This document shows, one piece after another, positions 48,701 to 62,239 of a stretch of 64,000 nucleotides of DNA (positions within the stretch are counted from its first letter, which is position 1; each line of letters starts with the position of its first letter). This DNA is from Gordius albopunctatus (lineage: Eukaryota). The position numbers and the translations under genes are program-made. The notes below the pieces were generated by a model, which did no database searches, was not told where the DNA came from, and worked only from the letters and a program-made list of their open reading frames with translations. The stretch lies in assembly GCA_964276515.1 (NCBI GenBank), contig OZ193909.1, forward strand, positions 5,208,001-5,272,000. Reading direction: 5' to 3'.

Positions 48701-51700
48701 TATGAAAATAGGGATCGAGGCTAGTTGTCCTACAAATGACAAGATTTAAAAAACAAAAAATTTTGTTTAATAATAATCTAACTTAGTGTTATTTGGAATC
48801 GAAATAGACTATGATTATACATTATAAAACGACTAAAAGTTTTTTTCCGTTGCTAAATCCGTCTTTTAAGTGTTGTTGAGTCAGATTGTCATCTTGACCT
48901 TTTTATTTGTTTTATATAAAATAGAATCATATTACATTTGCAATTTCTACATTTTTTTTATAATGAAACATCCTTTTTATTGATTTGAGTTAGCATACAC
49001 TAATAAGAAGTGAAAACGTCAGAGTTAATCTATCGGCTATGACTAGCCCCGGGTATTTTTGAAAATTTTTTGATTTTTGTTTTTTTAAACTTAATTTGTG
49101 AGAAAACCATTACTTATTTCCCTCCAAATTTTTTTCCTATGGTAAAAATAGACCTTAAAATATATTCCGACAAAAAATTTAGAAAAATAATTTTTAGTTT
49201 TTTTTAAACGCGATTTAATTTTTTATGGCTAAAGTAGCCCGGGTCTCCCCTACTTTAATCATTATTTTATAATTTTATAATATAATTTTAGATTAAGGAA
49301 ACCTGTCCCTGATCATAATTTAATAAATGCGAGATTGCACGCTTCTTTACCTTTATTAAAGCAAAATCTACATCCAAAGTAATAAAATTAACTTCAACGA
49401 AAAACAATTTCGAAATCTAACGAAAGCCCAACGTTTTCAAGATTCTTCTCTTCAATTGGGCTAATAAATTGAGTTTTTACAATTAAATGATTTTTTCCTT
49501 TAAATGATTGAATAAATTTAACATGTTTTAGTGTATGAGATTTAATGATAACTCAAAAATAAAGGTTGTGTCACCTTATATCACGGCGCGAGTTGAATTA
49601 TTATTGGCAGGCTGTAAAAATGCTCTGTACCGATGTTAATTTACCGATTATTATTTAAGCTAAAATAAAACATGAATCAAGCCTTACAATATTTATATGC
49701 TAATCTAGGGAGGGAAATAATAATTTTTATCCTTAAAAGCCAATAATAAATACAATAATTGAACGTCCTAAATAAAAATGTGCTCTAGCTAGCTTCGTAG
49801 TAAATTAAACGTCTATCTCCTAATTTCCCCAACTCCCTCGCGTTTCGTAATCAATTCGTGACATGTTGATTACATGCACGTAAAATAACCAAGTCGAATT
49901 TCCCTTTTCAATAAAGATATTGAATTTGAGCAAGTCGACACTTAGGTGAACAAATTTATTTAAGCTAAAGCGACTTCTTTTTAATTTAGTAAACGTAATT
50001 TAATAAAGTCTCTATTTTTGTGGATGCTTTTTGAAAGTTCTTTTCCCTCGGGTAAAATTACAGTTTTAAATTAAACTGCTGTCGTCTTCAATGACATTTA
50101 GACAATAAAACTCTCTTCTCAAATGAGACGTGTTAATATTTTACTGCACCATAATATAAATTCCTAGTTAAAATTCTAACTCTCTCAATTAAAAAATATA
50201 AATTAAAGTAAGGGTTCTTAAAGCTTATGAAGGAAGAGTTTGTCTAATATAATTTGTCTGGCCTGATCTGAATGGTTATTAATCCCCTCCCCCCTTTACT
50301 TAGCTTTAATTTTAAAAGCACATGATTAAGTAATCTATTTTCCAGTTAAATTTTGTGATAAGCTCTTAAAAAGTCTTCAGAGATCATCACTCACTTATAT
50401 CGAGGCAAAAGGTGGGTTTGATTTAATTTATAATTTAGCTGGGTATCGTGTAACTTTAAACACACTTTTAAAGGAGATAAAAATAAGCCCACAATTCTGT
50501 GATTAAATAATCCTTTCTTATATATTTAATTATTTAAATATGTATAAAGGAATAAAATTTTAAACTAAATTAAGAATTTAATTGTAAATTTTATTGTTAA
50601 GGGCCTCAACAAAAAGCAAAAGAAGCCGGAAAAAACCTTATAAATTGCTCTAAAAATTTATTTATAGTGTCTAACCGTTTTCCTCTGTGACAATCTTGAT
50701 ACCTTTATTTAACTTTGCTAATTTACTTTAATATAAAAACGTGGAAGAACAACAATATATGTAAGAATTGCAAATATAAGTAAATTAAAAATCTCTTGTT
50801 CAAGTCTAAAATTTATTGATATCTTTATATTCAAAAGCTTGAAATACTAAAAGTTTAACAAAATATAAAAAATTTTTATTATTCAATTAATTAGGTTCGT
50901 TATTGTCAGTCTTGTCTAGATGCCATTAAAATACATTTAACAATTTTAAATTGGTTTTCGCTCGTCTAGCAAATATCTCATCAGCGTCAATATCTATTCT
51001 ATTAAAGTTTTAAAATAACGTAATTAAGTTTATTATTATATGATACCGATGCAATGCAATAAATAGTAGATATTAAATATATAAAAGATCATTGAATAAC
51101 GATAAAAGGCCTATTTTTATTGATTTTTATGCAATTCTATTTTCGTTAAGATATTATTTGTTTATAGAAAAGTAGGATTTAAGTTTTATAATGTTTTAAA
51201 CAATGGCACCGAAAAGTGTAAGATAAAGTTAAGTAATATAATTAATTTTTACATGAAATTTTCTATAATATAAATTGATTATCTTAATAAAAAAAGTCAT
51301 ATCTTGTCTATGCTAATACCCCCTTAATGGCAAACAAGAATTTGGTTTAATTGGTAGGGCTATTTTTGCACGTTGAAGATATATTGATATTAAACGTATT
51401 TAATGCATTCTAAAATGTTAATGCACTCTTCTTTCATATCCTCATTATCATATTTTTAAGTTTCAAACTGCTTCTACCGTTTTAAAATTTAATTTAGTCT
51501 TAATATTGTTAATTATCTTGCTGCCCAGCTCCCCCCCCCCTTTTCGTTAACTAAATATTAAAAAACTTTTACCTATAAATGTTTATGTGAGAATTCTAAG
51601 TTAATGTGACACCCGTTTAGGTCGAGTCTATCAAATGTGTTTTATTATAAACAATAGTGTTTGGCTTTTCAATGAGCTAACCCAGGTTGTCCAAAATTTT

Positions 51701-53567
51701 ATTTTGCAGCTCTAACCGAGGTCCTCTGTCTGGTATTTTAAAGCTCATTTCTTACATTATTTTCCTTTGGTAAATTTGTCTAATGGAGTTAATATGTCTA
51801 ATTTAACACATTATCTGAGATCTATAATCTATATGAGTTTAGTACTTGACTTGTATCATCTCTTGAGATTCAATAAATTTTATAAATCGATATTGAGGGG
51901 AGATATAGGATCAATCGATCTAGTTTATACTCGGTAAAGCAGTTGAGACATGATCAAATATCAATTTCACAAAGCAAAATTATTATTCTTTGTGATTGAC
52001 CTCGATGCTATTTATCACAAAAAGTAATTAACTTTTGTATGATCCGCCATTTTATCTCATTATCGTTCTCCTAAAAAAATTAATATCTTTGCCTTTAAAT
52101 CTAAAAGTTATATAATAAAATTGTCTATCGCTTTTGAATAACCTTTTAGGAAGCATTTAAGTTATGATTATATTTTGCAAAAACCAACAGGTTTAGCCTG
52201 AAATATATTTCTGCTCATTAATTACACCCTGTGAAAGATATTTTGTCATAAAAAAAGTGTGTTGTGGTTTCTCAATTTAATCAGATTTTAGGTCACATTG
52301 CGGCAAACACAATGCTTATACTTAATTAATAGATGCTTAGAATTTCACAATAAAATTGACTACAACTTTAACGATAGGACTAATCGATAGATGCAAACGT
52401 TATGGGACGGAAATAGAGCTCGATATATTAATTTTCCAGACTCATGCTCACCAATTTTGAGTAGTATCCTTACCTACAATCTTATAAAATAATTAATATC
52501 GGCATATATTTTGTTTTGTTTTACTCAATTCCTTTACTTTATTGATAACCAAATTTAGTTAATAACCTAAAGTAAAGATATGGGATATGTAAACAAACCT
52601 TAATTTTCGATTTTGCCATTTTAGCGTCGCGTCCAGCTTGAGCTTCTCCCGGGGTCCTGGATCCCCACATTCTCCACCCTATGCCAGCGTAAGTGAACGT
52701 CAAAATTATCAAAGGTATTACGTATTGAATGAGCAATAACGATATGCTATAGGCTTGTCTGTTGGTGCCATTGGGCCAATCCTCTATACAGCGAACATTC
52801 TTATACTCATGAGCTTCGAGGGCAGGCTCCTGTAGTTTATCCACGTGCGATAAAATGGCTATGGGTAGTGGGATGGCGAAAGCCCAAGCATAAACCGCCG
52901 TCAAGGCTATTCGGGCTTGAGATGAGGTCATTTTGGGTCGAAGTGGAAACATTACAACGGCGTAACGGTCTATACTGATCACGACCATAACATAAGCACT
53001 TATCATGACGCTTATGGCTTGGGCATAAGATACAATTGGACACATTATGGGTCCGAACGGCCAATACCCTAATATTTGATCTGCGACGAAAGAGAATGGA
53101 ATGCATAACAGAGCCATCAATATGTCAGCTATAGCCAAGTGCATGATGAATAGGTTTGTGACGGAAAGTGGTGTCCGGCGGAATGTCCTTTTGATTATGG
53201 TTATATTGCTAGGGTTGTTGTTGTTGTTGTTCTGATTTTCAAAACGACTCTTACTGAGTTCCCCGCTCACCATTTGAACGTGCTGTCCAGAACCTTTGGT
53301 TAGGATATACTTGACAACGTAACAAACCCCTACGTTACCGCACATGGCTAGGAATGCGATCGCTGTGTACATGGATATCATGATTCCCTTCATAGAGGGG
53401 GACAGCTCGTAATTGGGGTCATTTTGAACCCCAATTGACCGTCCGCTAGCATTAATTGTAATATTTTCCATCAATACCTTCGTGGAATTGGGTTGGGAAG
53501 GATAATAGAGTATGCTCATAGGGGTTGAATGTAGGTAGGGGCGTTGGACGAGAGCATATTTTTCCAT
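42733..53567 (-). CDS. Rhodopsin-family neuropeptide GPCR, RYamide/luqin receptor-like; exon 1 53567-52599, exon 2 43164-42733 (~466 aa)
   Basis: Phase-0 splice SKIK|GTTTG...TAACAG|LIKMM. Class A motifs: GN, TNLFI.HLAIAD, WPFG..MC, ISIDRY, CIEDW, QYVIPL, CWLP, NPFIYCWMN.KFR.GF. The segments RTPGEAQ..RD.KMAKSK and HWLAMSHSC are characteristic of RYamide/luqin receptors; the exact subfamily needs a phylogeny. Confidence 0.9.
46902..47355 (+). repeat. Second copy of the 23014 repeat, interrupted by a MITE
   Basis: Colinear with 23014-23284 apart from the 46982-47148 insertion. Confidence 0.75.
46982..47148. mobile_element. MITE, CATGGGCGTAGCCA TIR family
   Basis: CATGGGCGTAGCCA...TGGCCACGCCCATG. 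Flanked by TTCTACAGATT / TTGTACAGATT; the empty site is visible at ~23081. Confidence 0.88.
48711..49250. mobile_element. Degenerate TA-flanked TIR element in the GPCR intron
   Basis: TA|GGGATCGAGGCTAGTTGTCC ... GGCTAAAGTAGCCCGGGTCTCCCC|TA, imperfect inverted ends. Confidence 0.45.
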
Positions 53568-55415
53568 AATTAGCTAAATTATAAAGTATAATAATTTTTT
53601 TTGCAAAATTTCACACGAAAAAGTACCGAATGAAGGTGTTTATAATACTATGATGACTGCGTCGATCTACTAATATTTTAAACTTCTATGATGATATTTT
53701 GCTGTAAATTCGAGAGAATGAAACGGGAAATTTAATCAAGTTTTGTAGGTATCATACGAAAGATGCCGAGGGAAGGTGTTTATAATTTTAATGACATTTT
53801 CGATCAATCACTATTTTAATTTCTAATCCTTTATGAGATAATTTTGCTATCGGACATTTCGAGAGACTAAAACGGGAAATTTAAGGAGATTTTTTTTAAT
53901 TTAAAATTATTCATTTCTCTCAGCTACTAATTTAAATTTGATGAGCGTGTCGACAAAACCGATAAAATATGTGTACCACCTCCCTCAATAATGGAGGAGG
54001 GCATTGAGATAATATTTCATTGAGACGATTTTCTAATTAAATTTTTTCTAGTTAATCATTATTTGGACAATGCATATTGTGAAATCTTTTAACGAATTTT
54101 ATTGTCGATCGAGGTTTCTAAGTTTATTTCTACGCAATACCTAAATTATTACAACGTGTGCTCTTCAGTAATCATTTAAGCGGATTATAACGATGTTCCA
54201 TAAAATCTAATAGTAAAAGGAAATGTTATCAACGACAGAAATAAAAATTTATTGGTATAAAACATACTTTCTTGGGTTTCACAAACCTTGGCACACTTTA
54301 GTACTTATAATGTTTTTATATTATCATAAAATAAGTGTTAAGATTTATGTAACCATCTTCTCAAAATTTTAAGTAAATTTTAGATTTTGGTAGTATGAAA
54401 AGTAATGTTGCCATAAAAATTCGGTTTTAATATAATTATAATATCCATTAAAAATATCCTCTTTACAGTTAAATCCACACAGAAAAGGTCTAATAAAGCT
54501 AATTCACTTATTCATAAAAAATTTTAAATTCATCCGACTCCCTGGCTGGATTAATATAATTGAAAGACCTTGTATTTTTACAAAATCGCTTTTAAATTAA
54601 ATACTACAGATAGGCTGTATTTTACACTTTCTCAGTCGGTCATTTTATTTAATCATATGAAAAATTTTATATCCTAATAGATGTATATAGATGTTTCCTT
54701 TGTTACTTTCATGGTACCAGATAATTTGAGGGGGTTATAGTAGCACAAATAAGAAATGGTCATCTTTGCGCTAAAAATCATGCCATCGCATAACAATTAT
54801 ATCAACAGTTTTATAATAGGAACTTGCCCAATCGTTTTTGCCCCGATTAAATTTAGCTTTTCAAATTAAATATTCTAAATGTGTAAAAGGCATGTCAACG
54901 AGATGTTGTCGTTTATTAAGAATTCCACCCAAACCATTATAAATGGTCCCTTTAAGATGATCCATGTGCAGGATATAATTTATGCTTCTAATAGGTCAAT
55001 AGACAAATCTCGGGGCAATTAGATCTTTTGTTTCATATTAATCGGGCTACGTGATACCAATCAAACACCGATAGCAGTCTAATTAGGCCAAGAGGCCCCT
55101 TGAAATTTAAATTTAAAAAAAAAACTTGGGGTTAGTCAATATTAATCATCGATTATAAAACTAATACCAAGCAATAAATAAGACGGCAAATAAATTATTG
55201 CGAATTCGATATTTAGGCGGGAGACATAGGATGTCGCCTGCACCCTGATGATTAACGGAACTTTCATATAATTTTTCTAAGCTACTAACCGCACTGCCAT
55301 AATTATATGACAAAGTATTTAGGGCAAAAAACAATAAAGTAATATAATTGTTATGTAAAAATTTAGGCAAATCATAGAAACTCGATTGTGCGTGTATATG
55401 TACAAATATGTGTAT

Positions 55416-55567
55416 CATGGGCGTAGCCAGGTTTTGGATTAGGGGGGGGGGCAAGTTCAACAGGGGGGGCGGTGATTTTCTTTAATTTTTAAGGGTTTTT
55501 ATTGAATTTTTTTGTCATTTAGGGGGGAAGGCGGCTGCCAATCCCCCCTGCGGGGGGCACGCCCATG
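55416..55567. mobile_element. MITE, CATGGGCGT TIR family
   Basis: CATGGGCGTAGCC...GGCACGCCCATG with TSD ATGTGTA(T/C). Confidence 0.85.
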
Positions 55568-55592
55568 ATGTGTACAAAAAAGAGCTAATACT

Positions 55593-56116
55593 TAGTGATG
55601 GGAAAACGTTTTGAACTAGCGCGCTTAGCACCTCCCCGCAGATGGGAATAGCCTATTAAATACGCTATGTCTACTAGCACAGTCACTTTAAGTGCTATAA
55701 GCTATAGGAGATGGGAGGTTTGAGCGCTAAAGCTATAGGAGATGAGAGGTTTGAGGTGTTATGGGCTATAGGAGATGGGAGGTTTGAGGTGCTAAAGCTA
55801 TAGCCGATAGCACTTAAATGCGCTAGAGCTATAGCACGGCGCTAACATTGATAATAATTTCAATGAAAACAATAGAGTATAATATGAACTTGTGCGTACT
55901 CACTCATGTTATTCTATTTTAATATCTAATAAACAATTAAAAAAATTATTCTCAATGTTAGCGCCGTGCTATAGCTCTAGCACATTTAAGTGCTATTGGC
56001 TATAGCTTTAGCGCCTCAAACCTCCCATCTCCTATTGCTTATAGCACGACATAGCGGCATAGTGTTGCTATGTGCTATAGCTTTATTTCCTTAAAAACGC
56101 TATTTCCCCATCACTA
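55593..56116. mobile_element. hAT-type MITE (TAGTGATGGG TIR), opposite orientation to 32993
   Basis: TIR TAGTGATGGG...CCCATCACTA with perfect TSD CTAATACT. Confidence 0.93.
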
Positions 56117-56302
56117 CTAATACTCTTATGGATATTTATAAGTAATTGGGCTCGCTTTAAATAAACATATATACTCATTCCTACTATCAACGATTAAAAT
56201 TTTAAACATGTTGAATGCGTTCATTTTAAATTTATCAAGATCATTATTGCAGCCGTTTTAATGAGATATAAAATCTGATAGTATAAATATATGATACAAT
56301 TA

Positions 56303-56473
56303 TATGGGCGGTGCCAGGATTGATCTAGAGGGGGGCAATAATGATTTAGGGAGGGGCAAAATAATAATTTTTAGTTTTAGCCATAATTACGACAAATTTT
56401 AAAGAATTTTGGATTTATAGGGGGGGGGAGGGGGGCAGCTGCTCCTCTCTGCCACCCCCTGGCTACGCCCATG
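56303..56473. mobile_element. MITE, CATGGGCGT TIR family
   Basis: TATGGGCGGTGCCAG...CTGGCTACGCCCATG; internal sequence shared with 46982. Confidence 0.8.
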
Positions 56474-56917
56474 TTTATATATATTTATGAAACCCCAAAT
56501 ATCTTATGAGCATTCATCGCAAAACATATAGACATAGTAGCTAGACAGTTTAACAGCTTCTCAAAGGTGTAGACTTATTTTTCGCGAAAGTGCATTAAAA
56601 ATCTTACAGCGTGTAGTAGTAACCATAATTCTAGGTGCGCATTAGATAAATATTTTGGCAAACTTTTATTAATTATATAAAAAACTGATATTTTAAAAAT
56701 AATCGCAGCACTTATCAAAAAAGATACGCTTTAAATGCGCTCTAATCTTGTAATTAATAAGGCTAATTTTCACGTACACCAACAATAACTAACTGTTCAT
56801 GTTCATGGTGTTGGTGTCAAGTCAAACACAAACTGTTAATGCCCTCAAACGTTACTTGTTTTTTTAGCGGAGAAATAATTTATAAAACTATTTTTTGTGA
56901 ATATATAAGTTATCGAG

Positions 56918-57111
56918 GTGGGGCGTGGTGGTGTAGTGGGTGGAGGTTTAGTCTTTGAAACAAGAGCTCGCAGGTTCAATCCCGCCTCTGTCACTTATTT
57001 CAGAAAAAGATTAAAAATCACATCGTCACCACGGCTGGCATCACCTATCCAAATATATAAAGCAGCTGACCACTTTAGTGTGACAAACAGCTATTGGAAT
57101 TTTTTATATAG
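56918..57111 (+). mobile_element. tRNA-derived SINE
   Basis: A-box TGGTGTAGTGG, B-box-like GGTTCAATCCC, body shared with 57470-57673, flanked by TSD AAGTTATCGAG. Confidence 0.85.
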
Positions 57112-57469
57112 AAGTTATCGAGGTGTCTATGAATTGAGGTGTTCCTTTATTTTAATGAACCTTATATTAAATTTTGCTCATTTATATCATATAAGGTTAA
57201 TGGTGAATCCTTATTAGAGTCTTACTGCTGGACATATAATTAATTTTTAGATTTTACGCAACTTTAAACACTCGAACGTATATGTATTATTTTATTGAGT
57301 GGCGATTATATAATCATTTCAATAAATGCAAATCATTAAATTCAATTTTAAGGGGTTGTCCTTAATTCCAATTAGAGTGCTACTAATAAAAACACATATT
57401 AATTAATATAAAAGGCGAACGCGATTAACTTTTGTTATAAATCAATAATAATATGGCTATAATTAAAAA

Positions 57470-57673
57470 TTAAAGATTCCAATAGTTGTTTACCATAGCT
57501 TCTTTAGATATTTGGATGGAGGGTGACTCTCCTCGGCTATTCATTCCTGATAGCCGAGGAGACGATGTAATATATTTTAAATATTTTCGAAACGAAGTGC
57601 TGATAGCGGGATTTGAACCCGCGAGCTCTTGTTCAAAGACAATGCCTATACCAACTATGCACCCACGCCCCAC
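57470..57673 (-). mobile_element. tRNA-derived SINE, same family, inverted
   Basis: GTGGGGCGTGG..GGGTTCAAATCCCG head; TSD TGGCTAT(A/G)ATTAAAA; internal 13-bp hairpin at 57528-57562. Confidence 0.85.
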
Positions 57674-58078
57674 TGGCTATGATTAAAATTAATAATTACA
57701 TTTTTTATATTAGCAATCCTGTCAAAATGCATATTTTAAATTTAAGTGAAGCCAAATAAAATTTCATTAAAACCAAGAGTATGACCGAAATCAGTAAATT
57801 TTGAAAATTATAAACTTTTTCCCAGAGCATTAAAAATACATGCTAAAATATATTAAATTAAAGGGCTACGACCATAAAAGATTGAGAGATAGACAAAGTT
57901 ATACTCAATTTAGGTAATTATTTATTTGGTTTCGTATTTCAAGCTTACGGATTTCAAATTATTATAAACTTATTATTCCAAGTAGTTGCTTAAAGATGTA
58001 ATAGTTACTCTGCAACAAAGTTTTTCTTCTAATATACAAATTGTATTTATACAGGTTAAGACTTATATACAATCCTAT

Positions 58079-58222
58079 GATGGGCTTAGCCAGCATTGGA
58101 ATTAGGGAGAGGCAAAATGAACATTTTTTAAAATATTAGCCATAATTTTAATAAATTTCAACTAATTTTTGGATTTAGAGGGGGGCAGCCACCCTTCCAT
58201 GCCCCCCTTGGCTAAGCCTATG
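58079..58222. mobile_element. MITE, CATGGGCGT TIR family (degenerate)
   Basis: ATGGGCTTAGCCA...TGGCTAAGCCTATG. Confidence 0.75.
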
Positions 58223-59731
58223 AAATTTGAATAATATTTTAGAAATTTAAGATACAGATTTAACAACCAGTTCCAAAGTATTAATCTTGCATAAGGAAGG
58301 ATTGTCATTTTGAGCAATTCATGATGTTTTGGCACATATTTACCTTAAACATAGTACCAAAAACAAGGTCTTATGATTGTAATGAAATAATTATTTTATG
58401 CATAAAATAGCGTCTTTGACATTTTAATATAAATGAGTCACAAAACGATTCTTTTTACACAATTTAATACCAATCTTTCTTTTATAAATTAACTAATAAA
58501 TTTCTCAAATATATTATTTAAATTAACATAGTTAGGGTATGCAATACTTTTTTTGCCTTAATGACCATATAACTCCCAAAGTAATTTTAAAAATTAAAGA
58601 CTAAACCAACCTAAGTGATTCTAAACAAACACGACCCAAAAGCCAGTAAAAGTGTTCTTCTGATTTTCGACATCCAATATGTTATTTTTAAACAATCGAT
58701 AGCATATTTCCTGCTGTTCCCTCTGATCTTATTAACTTTTTCTTTGCTTGTCGCAAAATTATTTCCCATTTTGTAGCGTATTGAATATATGTTTAGCTAA
58801 TAGAGATATCAAATTACATAAAAAGAATTTGAAATTATATATTTGAGGCTGTAGCTAATGTGTATGTATACTATACACTCATCCTTATTAATTGCTATGA
58901 AATTTGTGTACTTAAAAAAGAGTAAAAAACATAATCATCTATTAGGTATAACATAAGACAAATTTGTAACATTAAATTTTTACCATTAAAATAATATTGA
59001 TGAAAATAAATTTTTACTGTTCGTAAAACAGCACGACAGCAAAACCCCTGCAGCCTCAATTATAGTTGGTTGGCTTCTTTCAAATACACCTAATGTCAAA
59101 TTTACAAACCTTCTAGCGGTTTTATTAAAATGTAAATTTTAAACCATTTCAAAAAACAAAGCCGAAAGGAATCAACTTCATTTATCTGTATAAATAAAAA
59201 TTTAGGAGCCAATCCCACAGTGCATGTGGTGTTGAAATCGGAGTGTGTTTGAAAAATAATTTTAAATTTGCTTGAATGGGTATCTGACAGTATTATACTA
59301 TTTTTAATTTAAACTTTTGGTCACAATTTCCCCTAAAATTAATCTAGATCTTGTTATTTAAACACTTAGGGATGTTTCTAATAAAATAAAATGATCTACT
59401 TCAAATCGAATTCTGTAAAACATCATTTATTATAATTCAAATGTGATATAAGGGGATTACATTTTACGAATTTTAGATGTAAAAATTCTTCACATTGATA
59501 AAATTAAGATTTTGCAATTTAATAATTGTTAAGATTAAATTTATTATTATTATAGAAAAAACAACCCTTGCTATTTTGGTAAGAAAAATCCCTGTTTATG
59601 ATTAATTTCAATCTATTTTAAAGAAAGCAGCTAATACTAATGCATATTTTCAAGTTTGTGTCACGTAACAAAGTTTTAAAAATTTGTAAAGCCCTTTTTA
59701 CATATAAAGAATTTCTAATTATACTTACAAA

Positions 59732-59897
59732 CATGGCCGTAGTCAGAGGGTGGCAGGGAGGAGCGGCTGCCCTCTCTAAATTTAAAAAAACTTAGAAAAT
59801 TTTATTAAATTAGGGCGAAAATTTAAAAGAATTTTTATTTTGCCCCTCCCTAAATCATTACTGTCCCCCTCTAATTTCAATCTTGGCTATGCCCATG
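59732..59897. mobile_element. MITE, CATGGGCGT TIR family
   Basis: CATGGCCGTAGTCAG...TTGGCTATGCCCATG; body colinear with 46982-47148. Confidence 0.8.
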
Positions 59898-61000
59898 CAA
59901 ACAAAATTATTATATTCAAGTTGATCTATCATTATGAATTTTAACAACCTTTTATGAAATATATATTGGAGTTTTGAAAAATAATTTTGATCTATTTTTG
60001 CAATTTATAATCCTAGGTTAGAATTTCCAAATATTTAATGGATATCAATCAAATTATATAAGAGCAAAAAAGTTTAACGAACAGTAATTATATAAAGAAT
60101 ATAGGGCTCATGAGGAATTTTAATTATTTAATTTTTAACATTACAAATGCCTACGAGCTTAGCTCATGGTCATTTTTGTTATTTTTCTACTTGACAATCG
60201 TATTGTTTAACTTCTCACCTTATTTGTTACATATTTATATTATATTATAAAAAATTTATTGCTAAATTTCTCAGGGGGTACGCAGGATTACCCAAAGTAG
60301 TGTTGTAAAAACGGCTGGGTTTTTTTTTCTTAGTCTAATCTAAACCAAAGGGCTACTTTGAATTTTAACAAAAATCAGGAGAGTCATACACTAATTTAAT
60401 TTCATCCAAAAAATAGCTTGTTGATAAATTAATTTTTGGCTTAATGCATTAGCACAATTGGTATCGTTGACCGAAACCTGGACACAATATTCACAAAAAA
60501 GCTTAAAAATTTTGGGAAACCAATTAGAGCCATTATTTGAACCCTGGGTCTTGGATTTTAATTTACGAGCTCCAAATTTTTAAATATTGTAATCATATTT
60601 GATTTTAAGGTTAGTTTTAAAGGTTTGACTTTTTTATGGCACAAAGGTGATTCTAACCCTCCATTTGATTTTTAGGGTAAAAAATTTATGATACCAGAGG
60701 GCTTTTATTTTTTTTTTGTTTGTCACTTAAAATTTACACATATTTGTTTATAAACTGTATTTTTGATTAGATAATTATTATTATTATTGAAATAGTGAAT
60801 TATAGAAAATAAGCTTGATATGTTTTGAATTGATTCGCAATTTAAATAACTTTAAAATTATGCTGTTATAAGTGCTTAGTATTATGGCCCCATAGATGCG
60901 ATGTTCTAAATATAAAGCTCAATGGAAGGTAGTTAATGAAGTGGACTAGCGTTGTAAAAACGTCTGGGTGTTGGTTGGTTGACCTTTGGTTTAACTAAGA

Positions 61001-61309
61001 CTAGATGAACCCGGCAAACGTTGTTTTGTTATTTACCCGGGTGTATTAAATTATGTTGGAATTTTAGGGCATATATGATGATAAAGCGGTTATTGAAGTA
61101 AAAATAAAGTTTGATGTCGTCTATATGTTTTACTTCTATTGTTCTATTTCCGTATACAGTGCAACGCGTACGTATACTCGAAAACTACTGGACCGATTTG
61201 GCTCAAACAAATCTTAAAACATGCTCCGGAGTGTCAGGAATAAAGTGTAAAATTTTGAGCCAAATCGGTCTGGTAGTTTTCTAAAATTGGTGGAGGCATA
61301 TACACACAC
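61001..61309 (-). mobile_element. Non-autonomous Helitron, 5' end interrupted
   Basis: A|CTAGATGAACCCGGCAAACGTTGTTTTG matches the 18701 3' terminus. Contains an internal inverted repeat AAAACTAC.GGACCGATTTGGCTCAAA / TTTGAGCCAAATCGGTCTGGTAGTTTT. Ends in a (CA)n tract where a hAT end begins. Confidence 0.75.
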
Positions 61310-61870
61310 TAGAGGTGTGCACGGATCAATCCGATCCGATCCGTCCGAACTCGGATTGTATCAACATTTTAATTTTGGAAGTCGTATCGGATCAACATTT
61401 TATTTTAGTCGGATCGGATCGGATTTACAAATTTAAAATAAACAATAATAAGTTCTAATTAATTAAATTAATAATTTTTAGTATACCTTTCCATAATTAT
61501 CTTTGAATTCTTTTTTTCACTTCACCATTTTTGATGCCCAATACCACCTCTCACCTTACTTACCCTAATATATTTATCAGTATTTCCCTAGCTAGACTTT
61601 CTTGTTTGGCGAGAAAGGAGCTAGTGTCAATGATAAATCAGCATCTCCCGTATTTTTATATGACAATATGGAATTAGTCAAATAAAATTTTATAATATAT
61701 TTCAGGTCTACTAAAATTGCTATACCTTATTTTTATATATTTTGAATTTAATCATCAATAAAAAGTTCTGTTCGTAAAATTTTAATTAAAAATTTCGGAT
61801 CGGATCGGATTTAGATTTTAAAAAACTCGGATCGGATATAAAATTTTTCAAAAACTCCTCCGATCAGATC
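61310..61870. mobile_element. hAT-like MITE with CGGAT subterminal repeats; right TIR not found
   Basis: Left end TAGAGGTGTGCACGG resembles the 7753 and 31348 TIRs; CGGAT/ATCCG arrays at 61321-61425 and 61796-61870. Confidence 0.65.
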
Positions 61871-62239
61871 AAAAAAATTGGGAAAAGCTGGGGTTTTATA
61901 AACCCAAGCCTGAGGTTTTAGGTGAGATCGTTTCCTAAAACATTTCAGGTTTAGCCTGGGTTTTGCATCCACCTAAGGGTTCCCCAAGAACCCCACCTAA
62001 AATTTTGGGGCTAGATTCAAACTCTAGCCCCAATCCTCAGGTCGGAACGAATCCAAAAACCCTGACAAACCCCTGAACTAATAAATTATTTAGGTTATCG
62101 CCATCTGTAAACGATTTTAATTTAGATGAACACATTATATCCTTTTACGCATTGCCCTTTATATATAAGCTACTGTGTGTGTATTAGAGTGTATATATAA
62201 CTCTCCCCCCCCCTCTTCTCTTTCCCTTCTCACACAACC

